Below are positions 1 to 11,400 of a stretch of DNA of 64,000 nucleotides, piece by piece. The translations under genes were made by a program, and so were the position numbers. The DNA is taken from contig CAVTTN010000002.1 of assembly GCA_963737655.1 (NCBI GenBank), forward strand, positions 3,648,001 to 3,712,000, written 5' to 3'. Numbering within the stretch: the first letter of the stretch is position 1; the number at the start of each line of letters is the position of its first letter. Origin of the DNA: an uncultured Planctomycetota bacterium (GTDB taxonomy: Bacteria; Planctomycetota; Planctomycetia; Isosphaerales; Isosphaeraceae). The notes below the pieces were generated by a model that worked only from the letters and a program-made list of their open reading frames with translations, did no database searches and had not been told where the DNA came from.

Positions 1-508
1 GGCCTTGCGCTTCACGGTCTCGGCGAAGGACGCCAAGGAGGCCGACCAGGCGATCCCGTTCCTCGATCACCCGGCCGTCGCCCTCCGCACCCCTCCCGTG
101 AAGACGTTGCCCGGGAACCTGTTCCGGATTCGGGTCCACGTGAAGATGGAGAGGCTCCTGTCCTCGGCCACCGGGGGCGCCATCATCCGGGACTCGATCG
201 GAGGCGAGACGTACCAGGTGAGGATCACCTCGCCGACGCTCAGTTGGCGAGAAGTCACCATCTATCGCAGGGCCCCGGCCGAAGGGGAGCTGACCGTGAC
301 CCTGGGATTGGCCGGTTATGGCGAGGTCTGGTTCGATAGCCTCCGGATCGATACGATCGTGGACCCTTCGACCCTGCCGGTTCCTTCGTCCCGGGACGCC
401 GACGACACCGTGGCCGAGCGTCGTCAGGCTTCGCCGAGCCGGACGGCAACCCGGCCGACCGGAGAAACGGCGTCCCGTCCCGCCGCGACGACCCGCCCGA
501 GGCAGTAG
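1..508 (+). CDS. C-terminal fragment of a hypothetical protein (beta-sandwich/CBM-like end), truncated by the window edge
   Basis: Open frame from the window start to TAG at 506-508, with GC3-rich codons. 'LGLAGYGEVWFDSLRI' resembles the end of galactose-binding-like domains. Confidence 0.55.
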   Translation, partial: ALRFTVSAKDAKEADQAIPFLDHPAVALRTPPVKTLPGNLFRIRVHVKMERLLSSATGGAIIRDSIGGETYQVRITSPTLSWREVTIYRRAPAEGELTVTLGLAGYGEVWFDSLRIDTIVDPSTLPVPSSRDADDTVAERRQASPSRTATRPTGETASRPAATTRPRQ

Positions 509-574
509 AGGTTCCCGGGAGGGCGACCGATCGGCGGAGACCTCGTGAAATCGATCGCGGAGATCGGGGGTTCC

Positions 575-1051
575 ATGTCCGAGATCGAGCCGGAAGCCTT
601 CGATGCCTATCGACCTCCCGAGACGCAACCCGAGGGGGGCGGCCCCTCCTCGGACGATCCGGCCCTGGCCCGGAAATTTCGCGAGCAGATGCTCGCCCTC
701 GGCGTCCTCTGGATCCTGATCGGCGCAGGCGCCGCGGGCCTGGTGTGGCTGGTGGTGCAGGGCAACATGGATCTGGCCTGGACCCTGGGCGGCGAGAGCC
801 GGCTGCTTCTGATCGTCACGGCCGCCCTGGGTGGGACCTGGCTGGTCGTCGGCATCTTCACCTGCGCGAAGCAGATGTGGGCCGTCTACCTCGGCCTGCT
901 CCTGAGCTATCTTTCGCTCCTGGGCAATCTGATCCGCCTGAATCTCTGCTCGATCGTCGTGGTCGCCCTGGTGATCCTCCAGGCGCATCGGGTGATCGGC
1001 TGGTCGAGGCAGCTTCCCAAGGCCCGCCAGCTTGATGATCTTGGGGCCTGA
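575..1051 (+). CDS. Small integral membrane protein (about 4 TM helices), function unknown
   Basis: ATG at 575 follows GGGGG. Hydrophobic stretches: LALGVLWILIGAGAAGLVWLVV, LLLIVTAALGGTWLVVGIF, WAVYLGLLLSYLSLLG, LCSIVVVALVIL. Confidence 0.7.
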   Translation: MSEIEPEAFDAYRPPETQPEGGGPSSDDPALARKFREQMLALGVLWILIGAGAAGLVWLVVQGNMDLAWTLGGESRLLLIVTAALGGTWLVVGIFTCAKQMWAVYLGLLLSYLSLLGNLIRLNLCSIVVVALVILQAHRVIGWSRQLPKARQLDDLGA

Positions 1052-1093
1052 GGCGGATTCCGAGGGATGGAGCTCTGGAATCTGGAACTTCTG

Positions 1094-1125
1094 GGGTGCC
1101 CCCGGTTCTCGAACCGGGGGCACCC
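1094..1125. repeat. Perfect 15-bp inverted repeat (REP-like hairpin)
   Basis: gggtgcccccggttc-tc-gaaccgggggcaccc. Outer aatctgga (1079-1086) and tccagatt (1133-1140) can extend the stem. Confidence 0.85.
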
Positions 1126-1550
1126 GAAAAACTCCAGATTCGGGAGCTACACCCGGATTCCGAGCCCAGGCGATCGAATCGCGACGCCCCGCACTGAACC
1201 CCGCCCGCCCCCGGAGCGTATGTTAAACTTACACGGTCCCACCTCCGGAGAGGGGGGGCCGTGTCCTTTCGTCGTCCCTTACCCAGAACGCCACAAACCG
1301 AGATTCCCCCCATCCCGGGAACTTCCGGGCGGCCCGGAGCGTCGAACGGGGTGTACGGGCCTCTTCTCCCGGCCCGCCCGAGACTTCCGGCGGACGCTGG
1401 GGGATGGTAGGCTTGGAGTTGCGTCGAGGGGACGCGGTCCCGCGTCTCCGTCTCCGTCCGTTCTTCCGATCTTCGTTCGTACCGTCACGAAATCCGATCC
1501 GTCCCCGAGTCGGGGCCTCCTCTCGACCGACTGGACAGGAGTTCCGCGCC

Positions 1551-3955
1551 ATGGCGAAGATCCAGCCCGTCTGGGCGATCGACATCGGGCAAGCCGCCCT
1601 GAAGGCCCTGAAGCTCGTCCCCGGCGAGGACCCCGAGAAGCTCCTCGCCGAGGCGTTCGACTTCATCGAATATCCCAAGATCCTCAGCCAGCCGGACGCC
1701 GACCCCGAGGAGCTCGTCCGCGAGGCCCTGGCCACGTTCCTGGGCCGGAACGAGCTCACCGGCTCGAAGGTGGCCATCGGCGTCTCGGGCCAGGCCGGGC
1801 TGGTCAAGTTCATCAAGCTGCCGCCGGTCGAGAAGAAGCGCATCCCGGACATCGTCAAGTTCGAGGCGAGGCAGCAGATCCCCTTCGCCCTGGACGAGGT
1901 CATCTGGGACTACCAGCAGATCGGCGGCGAGGACGAAGAGGAGGGCGAGGACGACGGGTTCACGATGGCCGAGGTCGGCCTCTTCGCCATGAAGCGGGAC
2001 CAGATCAACCGCGCCATCACCCCGCTGAAGAACGCCGGGATCGAGGTCGACATCGTCCAGATGGGCCCGATCGCCCTCTACAACTTCGCGTCGTTCGACC
2101 GCAAGACGATGCAGAAGGAAGTCGGCGGCTCGGTCGTCTATCTCGACATCGGCGCGGACAACACCGACCTGATCATCACCGACGGCGCCGGATCTGGCAG
2201 AGGAACGTGCCGATCGGGGGCAACCACTTCACCCGGGCGTTGACCAAGGAGCTCAAGCTCACCTTCGCCAAGGCCGAGCACCTGAAGCGGAACGCCACCA
2301 AGGCGCCCGATCCCCGGGCCGTCTTCACCGCCATGAGGGGCGTCTTCAACGACTTCTCGAGCGAGGTCAACCGCTCGATCGGCTTCTATTCGAGCGTGAA
2401 CCGGACGGCCAAGATCGCCAAGGTCATCGGCCTGGGCAACGGGTTCAAGCTGCCGGGGCTCCAGAAGTTCCTCCAGCAGAACCTGAGCTTCGAGGTCGAG
2501 AAGCTCGACGCGTTCGACCGCCTGGTCGGGGATGACGTGGTGGCCGCCCCCCAGTTCACGGAGAACCTGCCGTCGTTCGCGGTGGCCTACGGGCTGGCCG
2601 TCCAGGGGCTGGGCAAGGGCCTCCTGAAGACGAACCTGCTGCCGCCGGAGATCGAGCAGGTCCGGATGGTCCGCCGCAAGAAGCCCTGGGCCCTGGCGGC
2701 GTCGGCCTTGCTGATGCTCAGCTTCTCGATCCTGTTCCTCGCGGACTGGGGCGCGTACGCCAAGGTCGCTTCCGAGGAGTTCAAGCAGGCCACCCAGCAG
2801 GCGAAGACGGCCGCCAAGCAGGGCTCGGACCTCAAGAGCGCCTTCGAGAAGGTCAAGGGGGAGTTCGCGGCGGTCAAGAAGCAGGGGGACGACCTGACCT
2901 CGCAGTCCTCGGACTCGACGAACTGGCCGGCTTTGATCCAGAAGGTCAACCAATCGATGCCGGACCCGGTCAAGATCGCCTCCTCCGTGCTGCGGAGGCC
3001 GATCGACCCCGAAGACCCGAAGAACTTCGACCTCCTGGCCAAGCTCCGGGTGCACATCGACGCCATCATCCCCCGATGGCGCGAGGACGTCGGCGCCGGC
3101 TGGTTCAGCGACGCCGACGCCGTGACGGACCAGGCCAAGAGCTCGATGCACGTCTTCGACCGCGGCGAGACGCCCAGCGGGCCGGGCTGGATCATCAGCG
3201 TGGTGGGGCACCACTACAACCCCTACGACCTGAAGTCCGGCCTCACGGCCGACGAGAAGAAGGTCGCCCAGGGGCCGACCAAGTACCTCCAGGCCACGAT
3301 CCTGCCCAAGTTCTGGGACCCGGCGCTCAGGGCCTTCGGCATCCATCACGCCTGCCTCGCCTGGATGCCCAAGCCGGACCGGAACTGGACCACGGCCAAG
3401 AGCGGCGGGTTCAGCATGCTCGCCCCCCTGCCCAAGTACGAATCGGGCAAGGGCTCCAGCAGCGGCGGCACCGCGCCGAGCGGGGCACCGGAGGGCGGCG
3501 GAGGCGGCCGGGGCGGGTTCGCCGGGATGGTCGGCGGCGGCGGGGCCGGGATGAAGATGGCCCCCGGCATGGGCGGGATGGGCGGCATGGAAGGCATGAT
3601 GGGGATGATGGGCCAGAACGGCTACAACATGGGGGGCGCCGCCTCGGCCCCCTCCAAGGAGCAGGAGCTCAAGACCCTGACCCGCACCGACTTCATGATC
3701 TCCTTCATCTGGCAGCCGGTGAGCCCCGCCGAGCCGCCCAAGGACCTCGCCGAGATCAAGAAGAAGATGGAAGAGGCCGTGGCCAAGTCCCCGGGCGCCG
3801 TGACCCTGGACGAGGAGGCGCTGGCCAAGGCGTCGGAGAAGCAGTCCGAGAAGGGCCTCCAGGAAGCCATCGGCGCCGCCCAGGGCCAGGCGCCGACCAA
3901 GGCCGGGCAGGCCGCGCCCCCGGCATCGGGAGTGCCGACCGCCCCGCCGAAGTGA
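1551..3955 (+). CDS. pilM: Type IV pilus assembly protein PilM with a long C-terminal membrane-anchored (PilN-like) extension; one frameshift near 2189
   Basis: N-terminus 'VWAIDIGQAALKALKL' and 'KFEARQQIPF' are PilM actin-like motifs. 'LDIGADNTDL' continues after a frame change into 'IWQRNVPIGGNHFT' and 'NLLPPEI', then a TM helix. AGGAG precedes the ATG at 1551. Confidence 0.85.
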
Positions 3956-4069
3956 TCCTGAACCCGATCGGAGGTCCGGCCCTCGACTCGCCGGACCTCC
4001 GGACCGCTCAGCCCACCGGACCCCCGATCTCTCCGGCGGATCGGCCGCCTTATCGAGGAACTCGCGACC

Positions 4070-5951
4070 ATGGACCAGCTCAAGGAATTCCTTCAGCAAG
4101 CGATCAAGTATCGCTTCTGGATCGCCGTCGGGTTGTCCTGCCTCCTGCCCCTGATCGCCTACTTCATGAGCTACGGCGCCCTGGCCGAGGCCGAGAAGAA
4201 GGAAGTCGTCGCGATCAAGAGCGCCGCCGCCGACGTCAAGCCGTACGAGAATGGCATCATCTACAACAACCAGTGGAAGGACGCCGTCTCGGAGAAGACC
4301 ACCGCGCTGACCTCCGACGTCAACGTCTCCTGGAAGAAGCTCTACGACCGCCAGGCCCCCCTGCTGACCTGGCCCAAGGAGGTCGAGGCCGACTTCCACG
4401 CCTGGGGCCGGAAATACCCCGAGGTGGACGGCAAGCCGCTGGACTATCAGCGCGTCAACGAGACCCTGATCCGCTACGGGATGGTCTATCCCAATTACGT
4501 CGACGAGATCTACAAGACGTTCCAGCCGTTCGACACCAAGACGGGCAAGGGGATCGTCGCCGCCCCCCCGGAGAGCCTCCTCCTGGCCCCCGAGGAGTTC
4601 GAGGAGTCCGACCCGCCGACCCTCGGCCGGGTCTGGGCGGCCCAGGAGAAGCTCTGGATCCAGAGGACTCTCCTGGACGTCGTCGCCAAGGTCAATGAGA
4701 AGGCCAAGGCCACGAGCTGGGACAACGCCATCGTCAAGCAGATCCTCTCCATCGAGGTCGCCAACGCCGACGCCCAGGACCAGCGGTCCCTGGCCAAGGG
4801 AGACGTCCTGACGCCCGCCCCCGACATCCTCCGACCCGGGCAGGCCGCGCCGGAGCCGACCAAGGACGCCAGCGGGGCCTTCGGCGCCTCGACCAAGTCC
4901 TCGGGGACCGTCGAATACCTGCCGTCGCCCAACCCGGACCAGTTCTTCGTCGTCCCGGTCGCGATGTCGGTCTACATCGACCAGGATCGGATCAACGACT
5001 TCCTCGTCGAGTTCCAGAACTCGCCGATGGCCATCCAGGTCCTGGAAGTCGAGCTCGATGAGGCCGATCCAGCCCGTGGAGAAGCCGAAGAAGGGCCAGG
5101 ACCAGTCCTCGTTCGCCGGGACGATGGGCGGCGGAGGCGGTCGGGGAAGCCTCCTGGGAAGCAGCGTCCTGGGGAAGATGGGCGGCGGCCGGTTCGACGA
5201 GTCGTACAAGGGCGGCGGCCAGAACGCCCTCTACAGCCAGTTCAGCAAGGGCGGCTCGAACCTCATGGGGGGCGGCGGCCGAGCCAACGAGACCAAGGGG
5301 CCCAAGACCCGCGAAGGCGGCAAGGACGTCGCCTCCGAGACCCTCAAGAACCTCAACGAGAAGAAGAAGCCCGGGGCGAAGAAGGAGGAGGAGGAGCCGA
5401 AGGAGGAGATCCCCGTCTCCAACCCGTATTTCAACGTCGTCGAGGTTCGGATCAAGGGGCAGGCGCGGTTCTACAATCCCCCGAAGGGCGGCCCCGCCGA
5501 GACCACCTCGCCGGGCGCCCCGGCCGAAGCCCCGAAGGCCGAGGCTCCCAAGGCCGAAGCCGGGAAAGAGGACGCCCCGAAGGCCGAAGCCCCCGCCAAG
5601 GCCGAGCCTTCGAAGGACGAACCGGCCAAGGGCGAGGCTCCCAAGAACGCCACGCCCCCCGGCGAGGCCCCGAAGACCGACGCCAAGCCCGAACCCGGCA
5701 AGGCCGACATGCCCAAGGACGCCGAACCTCCCAAGGGCGAGGCTCCCAAGGGAGACGCCGCCGGGAAGGCCGACGACGCCAAGCCCGAACCCCCCAAGGG
5801 CGAGGCGCCGAAGGTCGAGGCTCCCAAGGGCGAGGCGCCGAAGGGTGACGCCCCCAAGGGCGACACGCCCAAGGGCGACACGCCCAAGGGAGATGCCCCC
5901 AAGGACGATCCGGCGAACTCCAAGAACGAAACGCCGAAGCCCAAGGGCTGA
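4070..5951 (+). CDS. Membrane-anchored protein in the PilO position, with a C-terminal APKGE/D low-complexity repeat tail; frameshift near 5056
   Basis: N-terminal TM (FWIAVGLSCLLPLIAYF). 'INDFLVEFQNSPMAIQVLEVEL' reads on as 'MRPIQPVEKPKK' if one base is removed. Joins ORFs 4070..5848 and 5058..5951. Confidence 0.7.
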
Positions 5952-6020
5952 TCGGCCCGTCCTTCGCGAATTCCAGTGGACCTGACGAAGTGACCGTCCC
6001 GTGAGGAGACATCCCCGACC

Positions 6021-8246
6021 ATGGCCGCCAATCCCACCGTCGAGAAATTGCAGGAATTCGGCCTCCGCCACGGCGAGAAGCTCGCCATGGGGGTCGTGGC
6101 CGCGGTGTTCGTCCTCTGCGCCTACCTCGCCTGGTCCCACGAATCGCTGCCCATGACGGCCGACGAGGTGGCGACCTCCGCCAAGAAGGCCCAGCAGAAC
6201 ATCGGCAAGCCCCAGAGGAACGAGGACATCCTCGCCAAGCTCGAACAGGACGGCGTGAAGCTCGCCCACTTCGAGAAGGCCGTCGATGCCCGCCTCGCCG
6301 GCGGGGTGGACGCCTCCAAGTACTCCCTCACCGAGTCGTTCGTCAGCCCCGAGCCCGGCGCCGGGCTGATCCGCGACATGCCCGAGTTCCTCGCCCCCGA
6401 GGACCTCTACGTCCACTCCTCGCGAGGGGCCGTGAGGGTCTTCAAGCTCGACGAGGACGGCAATCCGATCCTCAAGCCCACCAAGGAAGAGCCCAAGCCC
6501 AGGCGTAAGAAGAACGCCGCGCGGGGCGGCCTGCTTGGCGGCATGGGAGCGATGGGCGGGTCGGGCAGCCCCAAGAGGAAGAAGAAGACCGGCGCCCTGG
6601 AAGCCCTCCAAAAGAAGAAGGACGAGGAGAACGAGCAGCACCGCAAGAATGCCATGATCGCCGGAGGTGACGACAAGGCCAAGGCCGAGGAGACGGCCGA
6701 GGAAGGCCCCGTCTCCACGAACGTCGAGGATTACGAGCTGGAGAACAAGGGCTATCGCCTCGTCACGCTCGTCGGCAAGTTCGACCACAAGAAGCAGAGG
6801 GAGCTGTACTCCAAGGCGCTCAAGGAAGACCTGGCGTCCTCGAACCCCAATTACCTCCGCCTGGAAGTCGAGCGTCAGGAGCTCCAGGGGGACGGCCAGT
6901 GGGGGGACTGGAAGCCGATCAACCGCGAGGCGTTCGACGAGTTCATGGAGATCAAGACGAAGCTCGAGGACGAGGTCGTCCCGGTTGAGAGCCGGATCGA
7001 GACGCTGATCGACCCCGTCCCGTTCTTCGAGGTCGGCTACATGTACGGCATCCATCACGCCAGCCTCGTCCCCAAGGAGCTGCTCAGGCCGAAGGTCGAG
7101 GCCAAGGCCAAGAACAAATCGGGAGGGGCGGCCGGGTTCCTCAGGCCGGGCGGCGCGATGGGCGGCAGCGAGTTCAACGGCATGGAGGACTACAAGAAGG
7201 CCGGCATGGGCGTCCCGCCCGGCGGCGGCGACTACGGCAAGGGCATGATGGGCGGCGGCGGAGGCGGCGGGGGCGGCCTCGGCGGGCTGGATGGCCCGGG
7301 CGGAGGCGGCGGACTGCTCGGCGGGACCGGGTCCCGGCCGGGAGGGCCCTCGGGCGGCGATTTCCAGAAGTCCTCGGCCGACTTGCTGATGGTCCGGGCC
7401 GTCGATTTCGACGTCGAACCCAACGCCAATTACCGATACCGGGCGCGGGTCGTCTTCGCGAACCCCAATTACGGCTGGGAGAACGTCATCCCGGGCCTGG
7501 ATAACCACTCCAAGGAAAAGGTCGGCCCCTGGTGCGAGACCAGCGACGAGGTCACCGTCCCGGCCGACGTCGCCACCTACGCGATTGGCGCGGCGCTCAC
7601 CCCGGTCGAGAACCGATCCGACGCGGTCCAGTTCCAGGTCGTCAAATGGAACCCCGAGGACGGCCTGACCATCGTGAAGAACTTCGACCAGGTCCCCGGC
7701 CAGGTCATCGGCAGGCCCGAGTCGGCCATGGTGCCGAGGAAGGAAGGCGGCAACCTGACCAGCGCCCAGATCGACTTCACGAGCCATCAAATCCTGGCGG
7801 ACATCCTGGGCGGCACCCACAAGCCCGACGAGATCCAGGGCCTGGGGACGCCGAACTTCAAGTCCCCGACGCTCGCCCTGGTCGTCCGGCCCGACGGGAT
7901 GCTGGTCCTCCGCGACGAGGCCCGCGACGTCAACAACGGCGAGATGGCCGAGCTCAAGGAGATCTACGAGCAGATCAAGCGAGACGCCACCGCCGGAGGC
8001 AAGAAGAAGGGGAGCTCGGCCCTGGGACCGATGGGCCCCCTGGGCGGAGCGGCCGGCGGAGGAGGCCGGGCCGGCGCCGACTCAGCGCGGTGGATCATGC
8101 CTGACGACGGGCGGGCCCCGGCCCGCCCGCCCTGCGTCCCTCGGGACATGGTGCCGGTTCGATCCACCCCCTCGAGGGATCGAACCGGCACCATGTCCCG
8201 TTTCGCTCCCGGGCCGATTCCGGGAAAATCGTCGAAGTACGCTTGA
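6021..8246 (+). CDS. Membrane-anchored periplasmic protein of the pil/secretin cluster, with an FN3-like segment; true 3' end possibly near 8085
   Basis: GAGGAG precedes the ATG. N-terminal TM (LAMGVVAAVFVLCAYLAW) and 'DFDVEPNANYRYRARVVFANPNY'. The last ~50 codons run through a long palindrome and are doubtful. Confidence 0.7.
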   Translation: MAANPTVEKLQEFGLRHGEKLAMGVVAAVFVLCAYLAWSHESLPMTADEVATSAKKAQQNIGKPQRNEDILAKLEQDGVKLAHFEKAVDARLAGGVDASKYSLTESFVSPEPGAGLIRDMPEFLAPEDLYVHSSRGAVRVFKLDEDGNPILKPTKEEPKPRRKKNAARGGLLGGMGAMGGSGSPKRKKKTGALEALQKKKDEENEQHRKNAMIAGGDDKAKAEETAEEGPVSTNVEDYELENKGYRLVTLVGKFDHKKQRELYSKALKEDLASSNPNYLRLEVERQELQGDGQWGDWKPINREAFDEFMEIKTKLEDEVVPVESRIETLIDPVPFFEVGYMYGIHHASLVPKELLRPKVEAKAKNKSGGAAGFLRPGGAMGGSEFNGMEDYKKAGMGVPPGGGDYGKGMMGGGGGGGGGLGGLDGPGGGGGLLGGTGSRPGGPSGGDFQKSSADLLMVRAVDFDVEPNANYRYRARVVFANPNYGWENVIPGLDNHSKEKVGPWCETSDEVTVPADVATYAIGAALTPVENRSDAVQFQVVKWNPEDGLTIVKNFDQVPGQVIGRPESAMVPRKEGGNLTSAQIDFTSHQILADILGGTHKPDEIQGLGTPNFKSPTLALVVRPDGMLVLRDEARDVNNGEMAELKEIYEQIKRDATAGGKKKGSSALGPMGPLGGAAGGGGRAGADSARWIMPDDGRAPARPPCVPRDMVPVRSTPSRDRTGTMSRFAPGPIPGKSSKYA
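8142..8200. repeat. Perfect 24-bp inverted repeat with an 11-nt loop
   Basis: cgggacatggtgccggttcgatcc (8142-8165) is the exact reverse complement of 8177-8200. Confidence 0.9.
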
Positions 8247-8496
8247 CCCATCTCTCGCTTCGGAGTAAGACACCGCCTCGTCTTCTCCCTTCCTCGGACG
8301 CACCCTCGCGCCATCCCCCCCGATCCGCGGAAGTCCCGGGCCCCTGCCCGGGCGAAGCCGCAGTCTCACAACTCGCACGGGCTTCGGCCCGCACCGAGCC
8401 GAGGAATCTGGTCTGCCTCCGCGGGGCAATTCGAAATCGAAAGACCGTCGCCAGGGAAGTCGGCGGTCGTCCCGCGAGAGGCGAAAGGAGGTCGCG

Positions 8497-11400
8497 TTGG
8501 GAAGGCTCAGAACGCTCACGATCCTCATGACCCTGGGCGCCTGGGGGGCCACCTCGTTCGGCGCCCCGCCCGACGACGCCCCCCCCGATCAAGGCTTGGC
8601 CCCGGCCCCGGCCGAACGGCCCGCCCCGCCCGTTGATCCGTCGAGGTACGTCAAGGCGGCCGCCAGTCTGGCGAAGAAGGGCGACCCCAAGGCCGCCGAC
8701 TACATCGAGGCGGCCGATCGCTATCGCGACATGCTCTCGGCCGACGACCAGGCGACCCTGGACGGCCTGAAGACCAGCCGGACCGACCCGGCCCCGGCGA
8801 ACCCTCCGGCCGATGCGCCCCCGGCCCTCGGCGGCGGATTGACCGAGCCGGCGTCGGCCCCGGGCGGGACGACCAAGGATCGGGCCGTCCGCATGCTCGC
8901 CCAGGCCCGGATGGCCCTGGCCGACGGCCAGATTGAGCAGGCCCGCCGGTTCGCCCAGGACGCCCAGGCCCTGAAGGCCGAGTTCAAGGCCTCCGAGGAC
9001 CATCCCGGCCGCGTCCTGGACGACATCGACCGGGTGGCCTCGGGCATCTCCACCCGGGGCGGCACCCCGACCGACGCCAAGCAGCAGGCCCGCTGGCTCC
9101 TCCAGGGCGCCCGCGAGCAGCTCGCCGCCGGCAACTACGAGGAATGCGAGAAGAAGGTCAACGAGGCCCGGGCGCTGAACATCCACTGGACCCTGTTCGA
9201 CGACACGCCGTCGAAGGTCGCCGCCGACCTCGCCAAGCTCAAGCCCAAGACCACCGCGCCGGGGACCCGGGGAGACCGGACCCAGGCCCAGGCCAAGCTC
9301 AAGCAGGCCCGCGAGATGCTGGCCAGCGGCGACTACGACGCGGCCGAAGGGATCGCCTCCGAGGTCGCCTCGTGGAACGTCCGCTTCTCCCTGCTGGGAG
9401 ACAACCCGCAGAAGGTCGTGGCGGCGGCCCGGGCCCTCCGCAAGCGCGACCTGACCCGCAACGCCGGGAAGAACGCCCAGCCGAGCGAGGCCCTGTACAA
9501 CGCGGCCGTGGCCCAGGCCCGGCAGTTCTACAACGCCGGGAGGCTGGACGAGGCCGAAGCCCAGGCCCGCCGGGCCCTGGCCATGAACGTCTCGCCGTCG
9601 CTGACGGCCGAGCGGGCCGAGTCCGTCATGCACGACGTCTCGATCGCCCGGGAGCGGGCCGCCACGCCGTCGCCGTCCCCGACGGCCGTGGCTTCGGCCC
9701 CGGCCCTGGGCGCCGCGCCGAGCGACCCGGCGGTCTCCCCGGCCCAGGCCCCGGTGCCGATCGTCCCGGCCGAGCCGCCGTCGGCCGCCGCCGAGAAGGC
9801 CGGCACCCAGCTGCTCGAACAGGGCGACAAGGCCGGGGCGATGGCGAAGTTCGACGAGGCCCGCACGCTCCATCAGCAGGAAGAGGCCGCCGCCACCGGC
9901 CTGGCGGCCCCGGCCGCCCCGCCGGCCCTGGCCGAGGCCCCGCCGGCCCAGGCCCCGGGCCTTGGCGACGCCCCGCCCGCCCAGCCCCCGGCGCTCGCCC
10001 CGGTCGGGGAGCCCGCCGCCGCTCCGGCGCTGTCCGGCCCGGCCGCCGAGCCTCTGGCCTCGCCCGCCGGGCCGGGTGGCGACGCCCTGGAACAGGCCCG
10101 GGCCCTGCTGACCAACGGCAATTACCCGGCCGCCCGGACCGCCGCCCTCCGAGCCAAGGATTCCGGCGCCGGCCTGGCCGCCGACGAGATGCTCGCCCAG
10201 ATCGGCCAGACCGAGCAGCAGGCCGCCTTGCAGATCTACGAGTCGGCCATCGCGGCGATCCGCAAGGGGACCGACGCCGACATGGGCCACGCCCGGATCC
10301 TCCTGAACGAGCTGACCTCGCTGGAGGGCCTCGATGAGTCCACCCAGCAGAAGGTCCAGGACCTCCTGTACAAGCTCGCCCCCGAACGAGCCGGCAAGGC
10401 CGAGATCGGGACCGTCGAGGACAAGGACGCCGTCGAGGCCCAGAAGCTCAACGCCGAGGTCGGGACCAAGGTCGCCGAGGCCCGGCGGCTGATGGAGACC
10501 GACCCCGAAAAGGCCATCGCCCTGCTCCTGGCCACGGTCGACCAGGTCAAGGCCTCCGGCTGCAAGCCGGCCGTCGTCAAGAACATGACCCACCGCCTCG
10601 AGCTTGCCGTCGAGACCGCCAGGAAGGACAAGGCGGCCTTCGACAACAAGATGAAGGAGAAGGGCTTCCGCGCCGAGATCGAGCGCAAGAGGCTCCGCAT
10701 CCTGGAGGCCGACAAGGCCCGCAAGGAGCGGATGAAGGACCTCATGGCCCGGGCCGAGGAGGCCACCGCCGCCGGCCGCTACGAGGACGCCGAGAAGTTC
10801 TACGGGATGGCCGCCGACCTCGACCCCAACGAGGTCGCCGCCATCGCCGGGCGGACCATGTCGCGGATCAAGCGGCACTATGAGCGCGACCTCCGCACGA
10901 AGTCGGCCAAGGAAGAGACCGCCCTGGAAGCCTGGCAGCTCGTGGACGAGTCGGCCATCGTCTCGGCCAACGTCCAGAGGAACGGCATCGAGTACGACAA
11001 GGGGTTCGTCGCCCTGACCAAGAGCCGTCGCGACCTGGCCCGCCGGATGGCCCCGGTCAAGGCCCCGGAGATCGTCGAGACCGAGAAGGTCCTGAACAAG
11101 CCGATCTCGCTGAACCTGGAGAAGAAGACCCTGGGCGAGGCGCTCCAGTACCTCTCCGAGATGACCGGGCTGAACATCGTCACGGACACCCGGGCCCTGG
11201 CCGAAGAGTCCCTGACCATGAATTCCCCGGTGGATTTCAAGGTCAATGACCTGAAGCTCAAGACGGCCTTGAAGCTCATGCTCAACAACATGAGCCTGAC
11301 CTACCGGGTCGATGAAGGCGGCGTGGTGATGATCACCAGCCCGCAATCCAACCGCCAGAAGACCGAGACGCGGGTCTACCAGGTCGCCGACCTGGTCATC

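Noticed and set aside
1215..1232. gtatgttaaac as a dif/XerD arm (similarly ttatgac repeats near 54219-54240 and ttatgtgaat at 31142)
   Set aside because: No matching XerC arm at the right spacing.
5500..5950. Tandem 15-bp-like repeats as a possible CRISPR array
   Set aside because: They are in-frame coding repeats (APKGE/D) with no unique spacers and no cas genes.
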